A DNA stretch of 64,000 bases from the NCBI GenBank assembly GCA_963709345.1, contig CAVPVX010000006.1:46827-110826 (forward strand), written 5' to 3'. Shown piece by piece: positions 32,695 through 43,311 of the stretch (position 1 is its first letter; every line of letters starts with the position of its first letter). The notes under the pieces were generated by a model. That model saw only the letters and a list, made by a program, of their open reading frames with translations, did not search any database and was not told the origin of the DNA. The stretch comes from an uncultured Actinomycetes bacterium (GTDB lineage: Bacteria > Actinomycetota > Thermoleophilia > UBA2241). A program made the position numbers and the translations under genes.

Positions 32695-33990
32695 TTGACG
32701 TTTGCCAACCACGCTAGTGAGAGCGACATCGCCGGGCAATGCGAGCATGCAGCCGGCACCTGCACGGCCTGCGGGAAATGCTTCCGGACATGCCCTGCCG
32801 TGGAGCAGCTGGACTTCGGCGAGCTGACGCCGAATGAGGTCCAGGCCGAGGTGCGCGCGTATCTGGCCGGAGGAGACCCTACGGAGGCCGTGTTCCGCCG
32901 CGCGTTCTCGTGCATGGGCTGCTACGGCTGCTGTGAGGGCACCTGTCCTCAAGGCCTCGATGTGATGCACGTCATCGAACTCGTGAAGACGCTCCACCGG
33001 CGCCAGGGGCTGGAAGCGACCGCCTACACGCCCGGTCGCGACCCGGCGGCGCCGCAGCGGGTCCTGGCCGGCATCCAGGTGACCCCCGAGGACTATGGCC
33101 GCGTCTTCACGGCCTCGCCGCGGGGCCCTGCCCGGACCGTCTTCTTCCCCGGCTGCAACGTCTACATCCAGCCGGCCCGTCTCCTGGAGGCCCTCGACCT
33201 GCTTGCGCTCGTCGGCGAGGACGTCGCCTTCGTTCCCGGCCTCGACCACTGCTGCGGCGACACGCCGTTCTTCATGGGAGACCGCGACGAGGGCCTGCAT
33301 GCCGCCGATGATCTCGTGGCCGCGATCATGGCCTACGAGCCCGAGACGGTCGTCTTCTGGTGCCCGACCTGCCTCTGTCGCTTCCACGCCAACGGAGCCC
33401 TCACCCACCCGCTGCCTTTCGCCGCCGTGTCGCTGGCGCAGTTCCTGACCGCGCGATCGGACCGCCTGAGCTTCGCCGAGCCCTTTTCGGCGCGCGCGAC
33501 CCTCCATGAGGCCTGCAAGGCGGCCTTCACCGGTCTGGACCGCGAGGGGCCACGGGCGCTTCTTGCAGGCGTGGCCGGGCTTGAGCTCGTGGAGATGCCG
33601 CGCAGCGGCCCGGAGACCGTCTGTTGCGGGTCCGGTGCGTTCACGTGGTTCCCCTCGATCGGAGCGGAGGTCCGCGACGCGCGCCTCGAGGAGGCTCGCC
33701 GGACCGGAGCGGACATGCTGATCGACGTGTGCCACTACTGTCACCACATCTTCCTGCCCGACGCAGGGCGCTTCGACATCGTAGTGGAGAACTGGATCCA
33801 CGTGCTGGCGCGCGCTGCCGGCGTCGCGCGCAACGACGACTACGCCACGTGGCGTACCCGGGGCGATCCCGAGAGCATCCTCGCCCACGCTCACGACGCG
33901 ATCGCTGCATCGCCCTTCGACCACGAGACCATCGCGGCGGCCGTGAGGTCGCATTTCTCGCTGACGTCGCCGACTCGCGCAGGGGAGTGA
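32695..33990 (+). CDS. (Fe-S)-binding protein, HdrD/GlpC-like (two 4Fe-4S motifs plus two CCG domains)
   Basis: CTACGKCFRTCP, CMGCYGCCEGTCP, FPGC, HCCG, CPTC, HEAC, CCGSG, CHYC; TTG start inferred. Confidence 0.88.
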   Translation: MTFANHASESDIAGQCEHAAGTCTACGKCFRTCPAVEQLDFGELTPNEVQAEVRAYLAGGDPTEAVFRRAFSCMGCYGCCEGTCPQGLDVMHVIELVKTLHRRQGLEATAYTPGRDPAAPQRVLAGIQVTPEDYGRVFTASPRGPARTVFFPGCNVYIQPARLLEALDLLALVGEDVAFVPGLDHCCGDTPFFMGDRDEGLHAADDLVAAIMAYEPETVVFWCPTCLCRFHANGALTHPLPFAAVSLAQFLTARSDRLSFAEPFSARATLHEACKAAFTGLDREGPRALLAGVAGLELVEMPRSGPETVCCGSGAFTWFPSIGAEVRDARLEEARRTGADMLIDVCHYCHHIFLPDAGRFDIVVENWIHVLARAAGVARNDDYATWRTRGDPESILAHAHDAIAASPFDHETIAAAVRSHFSLTSPTRAGE

Positions 33991-34163
33991 TCAGCGCCGA
34001 CGTCCGGCGACCACGGAAGACCGGCCCCACCCGCTTCCCGCGTCTCGGCGGAGCGCTCAGCCTGAGTTCAAGTGCGAAGTGCAGCACCTGCGCATCCGGC
34101 AGCTCGCCACAAGGTCCGTTGCGCGGCGCCGACCCGGCCCGTCTCACGTGGTGTCTTGCGACC

Positions 34164-34700
34164 TCACGTCCGGACGAGCTCGAGAAGCTTGCGGGTCGTG
34201 TTGCAGTTTCGCACTGTCACCCGGTCGTAGAGCGGTGTTCCGACGATCCTCGTCAGCCTGCTCCTGGTGGCGTTGGCGCGGTCGACTCGCCAGATCACCG
34301 CGCCGGGCACGTAGAGGGCGTCCTCGATCCCAGGTCGCGGTCCCATCTCCTCCAGCATGCCGGCGCGATCCACATCCGGCTGCAGGAACACCACGTCGCA
34401 CTTCATCGTGTCGTCATTCGTCCACTCCGCAGGAATGGCCGCGACGATCGCGCCGAGGTCGTCCGCATCGCGGAGTTGCAGGTCGACGTCCAGACCGGTA
34501 CGCGCGCGGATCGCGTCCATCAGGAGGACCGTGAGCCGCGTGCGGTCTGCGACGTCCGTGGAGAAGACGACGTTGCCGGAGTTGATGTAGGTCTTGACCG
34601 CGGTCATGCCGGCGGCTTCGAAGGCGGTCTTCAAGTCGGCCATGCTCAGCATGTTGGCCCCGCCGACGTTGACCCCTCTGAGCAGTGCGAGATATCTCAT
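34164..34700 (-). CDS. DUF1697 family protein
   Basis: YLALLRGVNVGG, VKTYINSGNVVF, TVRN. Confidence 0.9.
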   Translation of the reverse strand: MRYLALLRGVNVGGANMLSMADLKTAFEAAGMTAVKTYINSGNVVFSTDVADRTRLTVLLMDAIRARTGLDVDLQLRDADDLGAIVAAIPAEWTNDDTMKCDVVFLQPDVDRAGMLEEMGPRPGIEDALYVPGAVIWRVDRANATRSRLTRIVGTPLYDRVTVRNCNTTRKLLELVRT

Positions 34701-34930
34701 GGATCCAGTGTACAAGCGGGCTCCCGTCGTGGCTCATGCGCTGCCCGGAATGCTCTGCTGCCCTCGTCGATCCCGGCTCGACGTCCGAAGCCGCCGGGCG
34801 TGCCGCATCGAGTCGCCAGGCTTGCCGCCCCGAGGCTCTGACCGGCATCTTCGTCGCCTCGCCGACTGCTGCGGCGGCGCCCGGTCCGGCGGGTGACCTG
34901 CTGCCTGGTGCGCACCCGGCGCGGCACGCA

Positions 34931-34975
34931 CGAAGCCCCGGGAGACGCGCTCTTCGCGCATCGCCCGGGGCTTCG
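34931..34975 (-). terminator. Hairpin downstream of rplI
   Basis: cgaagccccggg / cccggggcttcg 12-bp arms. Confidence 0.6.
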
Positions 34976-35007
34976 GGGCTCGTGTGGTCTGTGCGCCGGC
35001 GTTGCTC

Positions 35008-35454
35008 TCAGGCCGGCGAAACGATGGTCTTGACGGTGGCGACGAAGCCCTCGGCCACCTCGACGTCGACCATGAAGGTGCCGAGTTCCTTGATCGGCTC
35101 CTCGAGCAACACCTTGCGCTTGTCGATCGTGAACCCGCGAGCTTCCTTGATGGCGTCGGCGATGTCGGCGGACGTGACGCTGCCGAAGAGGCGGTCGCCC
35201 TCGCCGGCCTTGGCGACCAGCGTGAGGACCGTCTTGTTGAGCGTGAGCGTGTACTCCTCGGCTTGGACGGCCATGCGGGCGTCGCGCGCTTTGCGCTCTT
35301 CTTCCCGACGGCGGAACTCGACGATCTTGCCGGGCGTTGCGGGCTCAGCCAGCTTGCGCGGGATCAGGTAGTTGCGAGCGTAGCCTCGGGCTACGTTCGC
35401 AAGCTGACCCTTGTCGCCGAGGTTCTCGACGTCCTGGAGCAGAATGATCTCCAC
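35008..35454 (-). CDS. rplI: 50S ribosomal protein L9
   Basis: IILLQDVENLG, GYARNYLIP, LFGSVT, PIKELG. Confidence 0.97.
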   Translation of the reverse strand: MEIILLQDVENLGDKGQLANVARGYARNYLIPRKLAEPATPGKIVEFRRREEERKARDARMAVQAEEYTLTLNKTVLTLVAKAGEGDRLFGSVTSADIADAIKEARGFTIDKRKVLLEEPIKELGTFMVDVEVAEGFVATVKTIVSPA

Positions 35455-35464
35455 GGCGGCCTCC

Positions 35465-35733
35465 TCAGCGGCTCGCGTAAGGCACGAGCGCCAACTCGCG
35501 CGACTGCATGATGGCGGCCGCGAGCTGGTTCTGGTGCCGGCGGCAGGTACCGGTGATGCGGCGCGAGCGGATCTTGCCCTTGTCGGACATCATGCGGCGC
35601 AGGACCGTGAAGTTCTTGTAGTCGACCTCTTCGATCTTTTCCTTGCAGAAGTAGCAGTAGCGGCGGCGCGCCTGGCCGAATCCGCCGGCCGTACCTTTTT
35701 CTCGCGCCGCGGCTTTGGTTTGGAGCTCGGCAT
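35465..35733 (-). CDS. rpsR: 30S ribosomal protein S18 (Zn-binding C+ type); apparent one-base deletion in an A-run near 35696-35700
   Basis: CYFC, DYKN, GKIRSRRITGTCRRHQ; the RBS-linked ATG (MPSSKPKPRREK) is one base out of frame. Confidence 0.9.
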
Positions 35734-35780
35734 GCGTGTTCTCTCTCCTTACAGCGCCCGGAGGCGCATCCTCTTCGTGC

Positions 35781-36248
35781 TCAGAACGGAATGTCGTCGT
35801 CGGACGTCTCGTGGAAGTCGCCGGACGGCGGTGTGGTCGGGCTGGACGCGCCGAAGTCGGTGCCCGGTTGCTGGCGTGCGGGCTGGCCACCGCCGCTACC
35901 GCCGCCGCCCTCGCGGGGGCCGATGAACTGGACGTTGTCGGCCATGATGGAGACGGCCTGACGCTTCTGGCCGTCCTGCGTCTCCCACTCGCGCCAGCGC
36001 AGCTTGCCGCTGACGGCGACCTGACGACCGCGCGCGAGGTACTGCGCGCAGCGCTCACCCTGACCGCCGAAGACGTCCACGTCGAAGTAGTTGGCCTTGT
36101 CGCCCCACTCGCCGGTGGTCGGGTCCTTGACCCGGTCGTTCACTGCGACGCGCATGCTGCACACGCTCGTACCGCTCGGCGTGGCACGCAACTCAGGGTC
36201 GCGCGTCAGATTGCCGACGATGACGACGCTGTTGACTGATCCGGCCAC
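35781..36248 (-). CDS. ssb: Single-stranded DNA-binding protein
   Basis: NSVVIVGNLTRDPELR; C-terminal DDDIPF. Confidence 0.97.
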   Translation of the reverse strand: MAGSVNSVVIVGNLTRDPELRATPSGTSVCSMRVAVNDRVKDPTTGEWGDKANYFDVDVFGGQGERCAQYLARGRQVAVSGKLRWREWETQDGQKRQAVSIMADNVQFIGPREGGGGSGGGQPARQQPGTDFGASSPTTPPSGDFHETSDDDIPF

Positions 36249-36276
36249 GGTGGACTCCCTTCCCTCGGACGTACCG

Positions 36277-36564
36277 TTAGGACTTGAGCCGCTTGGTCTT
36301 GAAGCGCAAGACCTCGTCGGTGATGCTCAGCACGCGCTCGACTTCGCTGAGAGCCGGGGGTGTGGCCGTGAACGTGATGACCGTGTACACGCCTTCGGAT
36401 TCCTTCTTGATCTCGTAGGCCATCTTCTTCTTGCCCCACTCGTCGATGCCGACAATGGTGCCCTCGGACTTCTCGACGGTGGCGCGAAGACGGTCGACGA
36501 TCTCCTTCTGGCGATCCTCTTCCGCGTTCGGGTTCACGATGAGCATGAGCTCATACCTGTTTAT
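36277..36564 (-). CDS. rpsF: 30S ribosomal protein S6 (apparent ATA start)
   Basis: NRYELMLIVNP, WGKKKMAYEIKK, DEVLR; AGGAGG 8 nt before ATA. Confidence 0.93.
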   Translation of the reverse strand: MNRYELMLIVNPNAEEDRQKEIVDRLRATVEKSEGTIVGIDEWGKKKMAYEIKKESEGVYTVITFTATPPALSEVERVLSITDEVLRFKTKRLKS

Positions 36565-36570
36565 CCCAAT

Positions 36571-36620
36571 CACCTCCTGTGGTCTGTGCGGCCCCAGCCC
36601 GTATGCTGGAGCAGGGGTGA
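36571..36620 (-). promoter_or_regulatory. S6:S18 ribosomal leader RNA
   Basis: cacccctg-ctccagc-atacgg-gctgggg-CCG-cacagacca-caggaggtg: SD-sequestering stem with the conserved CCR internal loop. Confidence 0.8.
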
Positions 36621-36759
36621 ACAGTCGCCTTGCGGCGTCGTGAACGGGCACCATACCAGCCTCGCCCCTCTGCAGGCAAACCATAGCGCATGGTCGTGAC
36701 GCCAGAAAGGATGACGCGAGGGTCGCGGCGGTGACGTTGGCGCCCGCGGCTCGGTTCGC

Positions 36760-37725
36760 TCAGGCTTCGGCGGCGAGCTCGCTGCTTGCCGTAGGCCGCG
36801 TCGGCACCTCGCGGAGCAGCAGTTCACCCTCGCTCATCCCCTCGACGCTCCAGATCACGGCGAGGCGAGGCAGTCCCTTCTCGTCGCTGTGCATGTGCAC
36901 GAAGGCCGGCTTGACGCGAGCGAGGAGCTCGCGGGCGTAGGCGGCGTCACCCCCGAACGCGACGACAATGGTGTCTATGGCGCGGTGCACGGTCTCCGCG
37001 CGCAGCGTGGCCAAGCCTCCGACTCGCGGGTCGGAGGCCAGGAAGCTGAAGAACTCGCGCACCTCCTCCGCGTGGATCTCGCCGACGACGAGTCGGCCGG
37101 GGTCCATCCGTCGGGCTTTGGCGAACAGCGCCGGGACGTCCGTGTCCTCGTCCACGGTGAGGCGCACGCAGAACGAGCGTTCCTTGAGCGCCGGCAGGTC
37201 GGGACCTCGCTCGATGGCGACGAAGCGGTCGTCCACCGAGACCAGTTCAAAGAGGGAGTTGAGCAGCGTCGACTTGCCCGTGGCGCGGTCGCCGAAGATG
37301 ACCAGCGTGCGCCTGTCGCTCAGAAACTGCGAGAGCTTGGCGCCCTGGCCGCCGGTCAGGGTGCCGCCTTCGAGCAGGCCGCGGAGAGTGGTCGAGATCA
37401 CGCCGGGCGCGCCGACGTCGCCGGCGTACATCACCGAAGTGTGCGAGAAGAGCGTGGCGCGACGCGCCACGAAGTGCTCGAGGTATGCCGTCACCTGCGC
37501 CTTGAGCAGGCTGCGAAGGATCTCGAGGTGCTCTCGCGTGCTCTCGCCGAGACGCGCGCGTTCGAGCTTGCTGATGGAGGCGTCGATCTCGTTGATGAGC
37601 GCGACCTGGACGGCGCGCAGCGCGTCGTCGCGGCCGCCGGCCGCGACGACGCCGAACGAGCCGTCCGGCTCCGCGCCGGGGCTCTCCTCGAGAGGCGCGC
37701 CGGCGATGATGTCGTCGTCGTGCAT
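36760..37725 (-). CDS. Orphan CpaF/VirB11-like secretion ATPase-family protein
   Basis: Walker A GDRATGKSTLL, VAIE Asp box, RMDPGRLVVGEI Walker B; His box degenerate. Confidence 0.75.
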   Translation of the reverse strand: MHDDDIIAGAPLEESPGAEPDGSFGVVAAGGRDDALRAVQVALINEIDASISKLERARLGESTREHLEILRSLLKAQVTAYLEHFVARRATLFSHTSVMYAGDVGAPGVISTTLRGLLEGGTLTGGQGAKLSQFLSDRRTLVIFGDRATGKSTLLNSLFELVSVDDRFVAIERGPDLPALKERSFCVRLTVDEDTDVPALFAKARRMDPGRLVVGEIHAEEVREFFSFLASDPRVGGLATLRAETVHRAIDTIVVAFGGDAAYARELLARVKPAFVHMHSDEKGLPRLAVIWSVEGMSEGELLLREVPTRPTASSELAAEA

Positions 37726-37817
37726 GTTCCGCCCGTCTGTCGCACGCGCTCCCTGCGCGTGCAGACGTCCTCCGTATCGGCAGAGTAAGGGGTCGGGATG
37801 AGTGGTATCGTCGAAGC

Positions 37818-38066
37818 ATGACCACTGCCGCCGCCACCTATGTCGTGAAGCTCTTCGCCGGACTCGAGTCTCGCACTCGCGATGCGCGCACCACCCTCGA
37901 CGTCCCGCCGGCGGAGGCGCCTACCGTCGCTGCGCTCACGCTGCGCCTCGGCTTGGCTCCCGGAGCGACCGGCCTCGTGCTGGTGAACGGCCTCCACGCG
38001 CCGGCCGATCGGGAGCTGCGGGCCGGTGACGAGGTGTCGCTCTTCCCGCCGCTGGGGGGCGGGTGA
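37818..38066 (+). CDS. MoaD/ThiS ubiquitin-like sulfur carrier
   Basis: VKLFAGL, VLVNG, GDEVSLFPPLGGG C-terminus. Confidence 0.88.
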   Translation: MTTAAATYVVKLFAGLESRTRDARTTLDVPPAEAPTVAALTLRLGLAPGATGLVLVNGLHAPADRELRAGDEVSLFPPLGGG

Positions 38067-38866
38067 CGGCCGGGGCGCCCGACGCACCCGGTTCGCCGTC
38101 GGCCCCGGAGTGCTTCTCGCGAGAGCGGCCCCGCTCGCCGTCGCCGGGGTCCACGGCCGGCGCCCGCCCGCCGCGCCGTAGCGGCCACCGCTTCGCGTAC
38201 GCGATCGTCGCTCTCCTGGGCGGCGCGACCTTGGTCTGCGTCGGGCTCATCGTGGCGCGGTTCTGGTACTCGCACACGTACCACTACTGGTTCCTGCTCT
38301 GGAACCTCCTGCTCGCGTGGGTGCCGTTCGTCTTCGCCGCCATCGCTTACCAGCTCGCCTCGGCGCGCCGCGCGTTCCTGTACGTCCTCATCGTCGCGGC
38401 GGCGATCATCTGGCTGGCGTTCTTCCCCAACGCGCCGTACATCCTCACCGACTTCCTCCACCTCGGAAGCATGGGCGACATCGTCCCCGGCTGGTACGAC
38501 GTGCTCATGCTTTACTGGTTCGCCTGGGCCGGCCTTATGCTGGGCGTCGTCTCGCTCTACCTGATGCACGACATCGTCACTCGCGGCCTCGGTGTCGCCG
38601 CCGGCTGGGTGTTCGTGGTGGTGGCCGCCGGCCTCGGGAGCTTCGGCATCTACCTCGGCCGGTTCCTGCGCTGGAACAGCTGGGACCTTGTGCGCCGCCC
38701 CGGACCGCTCGCCGACGAACTGCTTGGCCGGGTCACCGATCCCGCCTCGCAGCCACGCCTGCTCGGATTCACGCTCCTCTTCGCGCTGCTCTTTCTCTTC
38801 ATCTACGTGGCGGTGTACATCTTCGCCAAGCTGACGAAGCCCGGCGGTGAGCCCGAGATCCGCTGA
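38063..38866 (+). CDS. DUF1361 membrane protein
   Basis: FLLWNLLLAWVP, FFPNAPYILTDFLHL, GIYLGRFLRWNSWD. Confidence 0.9.
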   Translation: MTAGAPDAPGSPSAPECFSRERPRSPSPGSTAGARPPRRSGHRFAYAIVALLGGATLVCVGLIVARFWYSHTYHYWFLLWNLLLAWVPFVFAAIAYQLASARRAFLYVLIVAAAIIWLAFFPNAPYILTDFLHLGSMGDIVPGWYDVLMLYWFAWAGLMLGVVSLYLMHDIVTRGLGVAAGWVFVVVAAGLGSFGIYLGRFLRWNSWDLVRRPGPLADELLGRVTDPASQPRLLGFTLLFALLFLFIYVAVYIFAKLTKPGGEPEIR

Positions 38867-38971
38867 GGAGCGCCGCCGGTGCGGGCATCGGGCCGGCGCG
38901 GGCGCGAGCGCCCTCGACTATCGGCCGCAAGAGTCCTTGCCGCCCGGGTGAGCGGTGCTAGACTTCGCCAC

Positions 38972-39157
38972 ATGGCACATGGCAACATCCCCAGACTCAT
39001 CGAGGCGCTCAAGGCGCAGGCCGGTGACGAGAAGCGTCTTGCCTGCGCCGACGCCTTCCGAATCGCTCGCGACCTCGACGTGCCGGTCGCGGAGATCGGT
39101 CGCACCTGCAACGAGCTGGGCATCAAGATGGTGCAGTGCCAGCTCGGCTGTTTCTGA
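38972..39157 (+). CDS. Small Cys-rich conserved hypothetical protein
   Basis: LACADAFRIA...IGRTCNELGIKMVQCQLGCF; ATG 7 nt after TAGACT. Confidence 0.8.
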   Translation: MAHGNIPRLIEALKAQAGDEKRLACADAFRIARDLDVPVAEIGRTCNELGIKMVQCQLGCF

Positions 39158-39411
39158 GCGATTCGTAGCCAGGCGCCGCCGCTGCGTAGCCGATCAGGAC
39201 GCGCGTTCCGGCCGGTGCTTTCGCGAACCACGCGATTCCCTCTTCGCCCGCATGCGCCGGGCTCGTGACCTCTTGGTTATCCGCCGTCCCGCTTCGGGAA
39301 AGGGACGACCATGACCTATCTGGTGGCGGCGCCGTCAATGCGACGGGAGACCGTCGCTCCTTGACCCTTCGAGCGACCGGGCGTGCGCGCTCCGGTCCAC
39401 ATGAGGTGAGA

Positions 39412-41037
39412 ATGATGGCTCCCGCGAGTTCGGCATCAGAAGTGGAGCAGTATCAGATGTACATCGACGGCCGCTGGGTCGCGGCGGCCGATGGCAGGAC
39501 CGACGACATCGTGGATCCCACGTCGGAGGAAGTGATCGCCCGGGTGCCGAGGGCCGGCGTCGCCGACGCGGAGGCGGCGGTCCGCGCCGCCAGGGAGGCG
39601 TTCGACCACGGTCCCTGGCCGCGCATGAAGGCGGTGGAGCGCGCGGAGATCCTGAGGCGGGCCGCCGCCGGGCTGCGCGAACGCTCGGACGAGCTGGCTC
39701 GTCTCGAGAGCATGCAGATGGGCAAGCTGCTCGAGGAGGCGCTGGTGGACATGGACGACACCGCGCACACGTTCGAGTTGTACGCCGGCATGGTCCAGGA
39801 CCAGCACGGAGAGACGCTGGAGGTCCCGGGCGAGACGATGAGCATGGTCGTGCACGAGCCAGTCGGGGTCACCGTGGGCATCACGCCGTGGAACTACCCG
39901 ATGCTGATGGCCGCCTGGAAGGCGGCTCCGTCCCTCGCGGCGGGGAATGTGATGATCCTCAAGCCCGCCAGCATCAGCCCGCTGACCAATCTGGAGCTGG
40001 CGCGCATCTTCGAAGAGGCGGGTCTCCCCAAGGGCGTCTTTCAGGTCGTCACCGGCCCGGGCGTCGAGATCGGCGACTACCTGGCCGGCCACGCCGATGT
40101 GGACATGGTGGCCTTCACCGGCTCCGTCGACGTCGGCAAGCACATCATGCGCAAGGCCGCCGACAACGTGAAGAGGATCGGCTTGGAGCTGGGCGGCAAG
40201 AGCCCGAACATCGTGTTCGCCGACGCCGACTTCGAGGCTGCCATCGACGGCGCGCTGATCGGCATCTTCGCCGGCGCCGGCGAGGTGTGCTCGGCGGGGT
40301 CGCGACTGCTTGTGGAGAGGTCGCTCCACGACCGCTTCGTCGGCGAGCTCGTGAGCCGGGCCATGGCGATCAAGGTCGGCGACCCCCTTGCCCGTGACAG
40401 CGAGATGGGCCCGCTCGTCAGCCGGCAGCAGCTCGAGGCCGTGGACCGGTACGTGCGCATCGGCCTCGAGGAGGGCGCCGCTCTGGCCACCGGTGGTCAC
40501 CGCCTCAACGGCGCCGGGTACTACTACGAGCCCACCATCTTCGTGAACGTCGACAACTCGATGCGCATCGCCCAGGAGGAGATCTTCGGGCCGGTGCTCG
40601 TCGTGATCCCATTCGACAGCGAGGAGGAAGCGGTCCGCATCGCCAACGACACGATCTACGGGCTCGCGGGCGCCGTGTGGACCAAGGACGTCGCCCGGGC
40701 GATGCGCGTGGTCAAGTCCCTGCGCGCCGGCATCACCTGGGTGAACACCTATCACCCCACGTACAGCGAGGCTCCGTGGGGCGGCTACAAGCAGAGCGGC
40801 ATCGGCCGCGAGCTGGGCAGCTATGGTCTCGACGAATACACCGAGGTCAAGCAGATCAATATCGACCTCACCGGCGAGCCGATGGGCGTGTACCAGCGTG
40901 GTAAGGCCGGGGCTGTGGGTGAGGCCACCGGCAGCGGCCGCGGGAGGATCGTGCCGCTCAGCGACCGACGCCCGTTCCGCGAGGGCGACAGCGCGAAGGA
41001 CGAAGCGTGGGTCCAGTTCTGCGAGAACTGCAGCTGA
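39412..41037 (+). CDS. NAD(P)-dependent aldehyde dehydrogenase (betaine/aminoaldehyde DH-like) with C-terminal extension
   Basis: ITPWNYP, FTGS, LELGGKSP, GEVCSAGSR, EEIFGPV, GGYKQSGIGRE. Confidence 0.92.
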   Translation: MMAPASSASEVEQYQMYIDGRWVAAADGRTDDIVDPTSEEVIARVPRAGVADAEAAVRAAREAFDHGPWPRMKAVERAEILRRAAAGLRERSDELARLESMQMGKLLEEALVDMDDTAHTFELYAGMVQDQHGETLEVPGETMSMVVHEPVGVTVGITPWNYPMLMAAWKAAPSLAAGNVMILKPASISPLTNLELARIFEEAGLPKGVFQVVTGPGVEIGDYLAGHADVDMVAFTGSVDVGKHIMRKAADNVKRIGLELGGKSPNIVFADADFEAAIDGALIGIFAGAGEVCSAGSRLLVERSLHDRFVGELVSRAMAIKVGDPLARDSEMGPLVSRQQLEAVDRYVRIGLEEGAALATGGHRLNGAGYYYEPTIFVNVDNSMRIAQEEIFGPVLVVIPFDSEEEAVRIANDTIYGLAGAVWTKDVARAMRVVKSLRAGITWVNTYHPTYSEAPWGGYKQSGIGRELGSYGLDEYTEVKQINIDLTGEPMGVYQRGKAGAVGEATGSGRGRIVPLSDRRPFREGDSAKDEAWVQFCENCS

Positions 41038-41184
41038 CGGGCGCCTGACGGAGGCGCGGCGCGTGAGCCGCAGGGCCCTGCCGGGTAAGCAGGGCTCACG
41101 AGGCGCGCGCCTTCGGCGCGCGGCAGGCACGGTGGCCGGGGCGGCTTCGCCCGCCGGCCAACGGGGAGTTGGGGAGGTCCACAT

Positions 41185-42693
<1,509 letters not shown>

Positions 42694-42896
42694 GGCCGGC
42701 GGGCCCGAGGGCCCGCCGCAGAGCACGGCTCGAAGAGGCTCGGACGGGCAGGCGGTCGGAGCGCGAGACGCTTGAACCTCGCGCGCGTGACGGCCGGGAG
42801 CCACGGCGAAAGGAGGTACGCGACATTGACTGACTTACGAGGTGCGGCGCGCTAGTCGCCCCGCACGCGGTGCTACCGCGCGCCGCACCAAAGCCG

Positions 42897-42926
42897 GGGG
42901 CGGCAGGCCTGAGGGCCTGCCGCCCC
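42897..42926 (+). terminator. Intrinsic terminator-like hairpin
   Basis: ggggcggcaggcc-tgag-ggcctgccgcccc followed by tctt. Confidence 0.65.
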
Positions 42927-43002
42927 TCTTCACGTACGGGGCGCGATCCGGCTTACCTGCCACGGTGTCCAAGCGAGGATCGAAGGTCTTCCCGATACGT
43001 TC

Positions 43003-43032
43003 TTGCGCCGACGCTAAGGATTTCCTTACAAT
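43003..43032 (+). promoter_or_regulatory. Housekeeping-type promoter overlapped by a palindrome
   Basis: TTGCGC-N18-TACAAT; near-palindrome TAAGGAtttCCTTA at 43015-43028. Confidence 0.55.
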
Positions 43033-43039
43033 GGCGGAG

Positions 43040-43140
43040 CTTCTCCGAGCGCCGGCTTCCTAAGGGCCTTGGCCTATGGAGCCGGATGCCGGCAGGGTAC
43101 AGCGGGAAACCGCCGTGTCTCCCAGTGCGGAAAGGAGAAG
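43040..43140 (+). ncRNA. Molybdenum/tungsten cofactor riboswitch (MOCO RNA motif, P3-less Wco-type)
   Basis: P1 cttctcc/ggagaag; CTCCGAGC; CCTAAG...TATGG; AGGGT..GGAAAC..CTCCC...GGAAAGGAG; upstream of W transport and moa genes. Confidence 0.88.
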
Positions 43141-43311
43141 GCGACCTTCGGGCCTTTCCGCGTGCGGTGGGCTCTTCTCTTCGCCCCCGTCCGCGGCGCC
43201 GTGTGCACATGGCGGGCCCTCGCCGTCTTCCGCCTCGCCGCTCTCGGACGCACGGCCTCTCGCCCCCTCGCCTCGGGGCAGCGGCAAGGGAACCTGGGGA
43301 GGAGTGAGAGC

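Noticed and set aside
35690-35705. Programmed frameshift in rpsR
   Set aside because: A one-base homopolymer error is simpler given five other indels in the window; no stimulatory element seen
39270-39400. Three small hairpins (one with a GAGA tetraloop) upstream of the first ALDH
   Set aside because: No match to any riboswitch consensus I can recognise; such stems are expected by chance at this GC content
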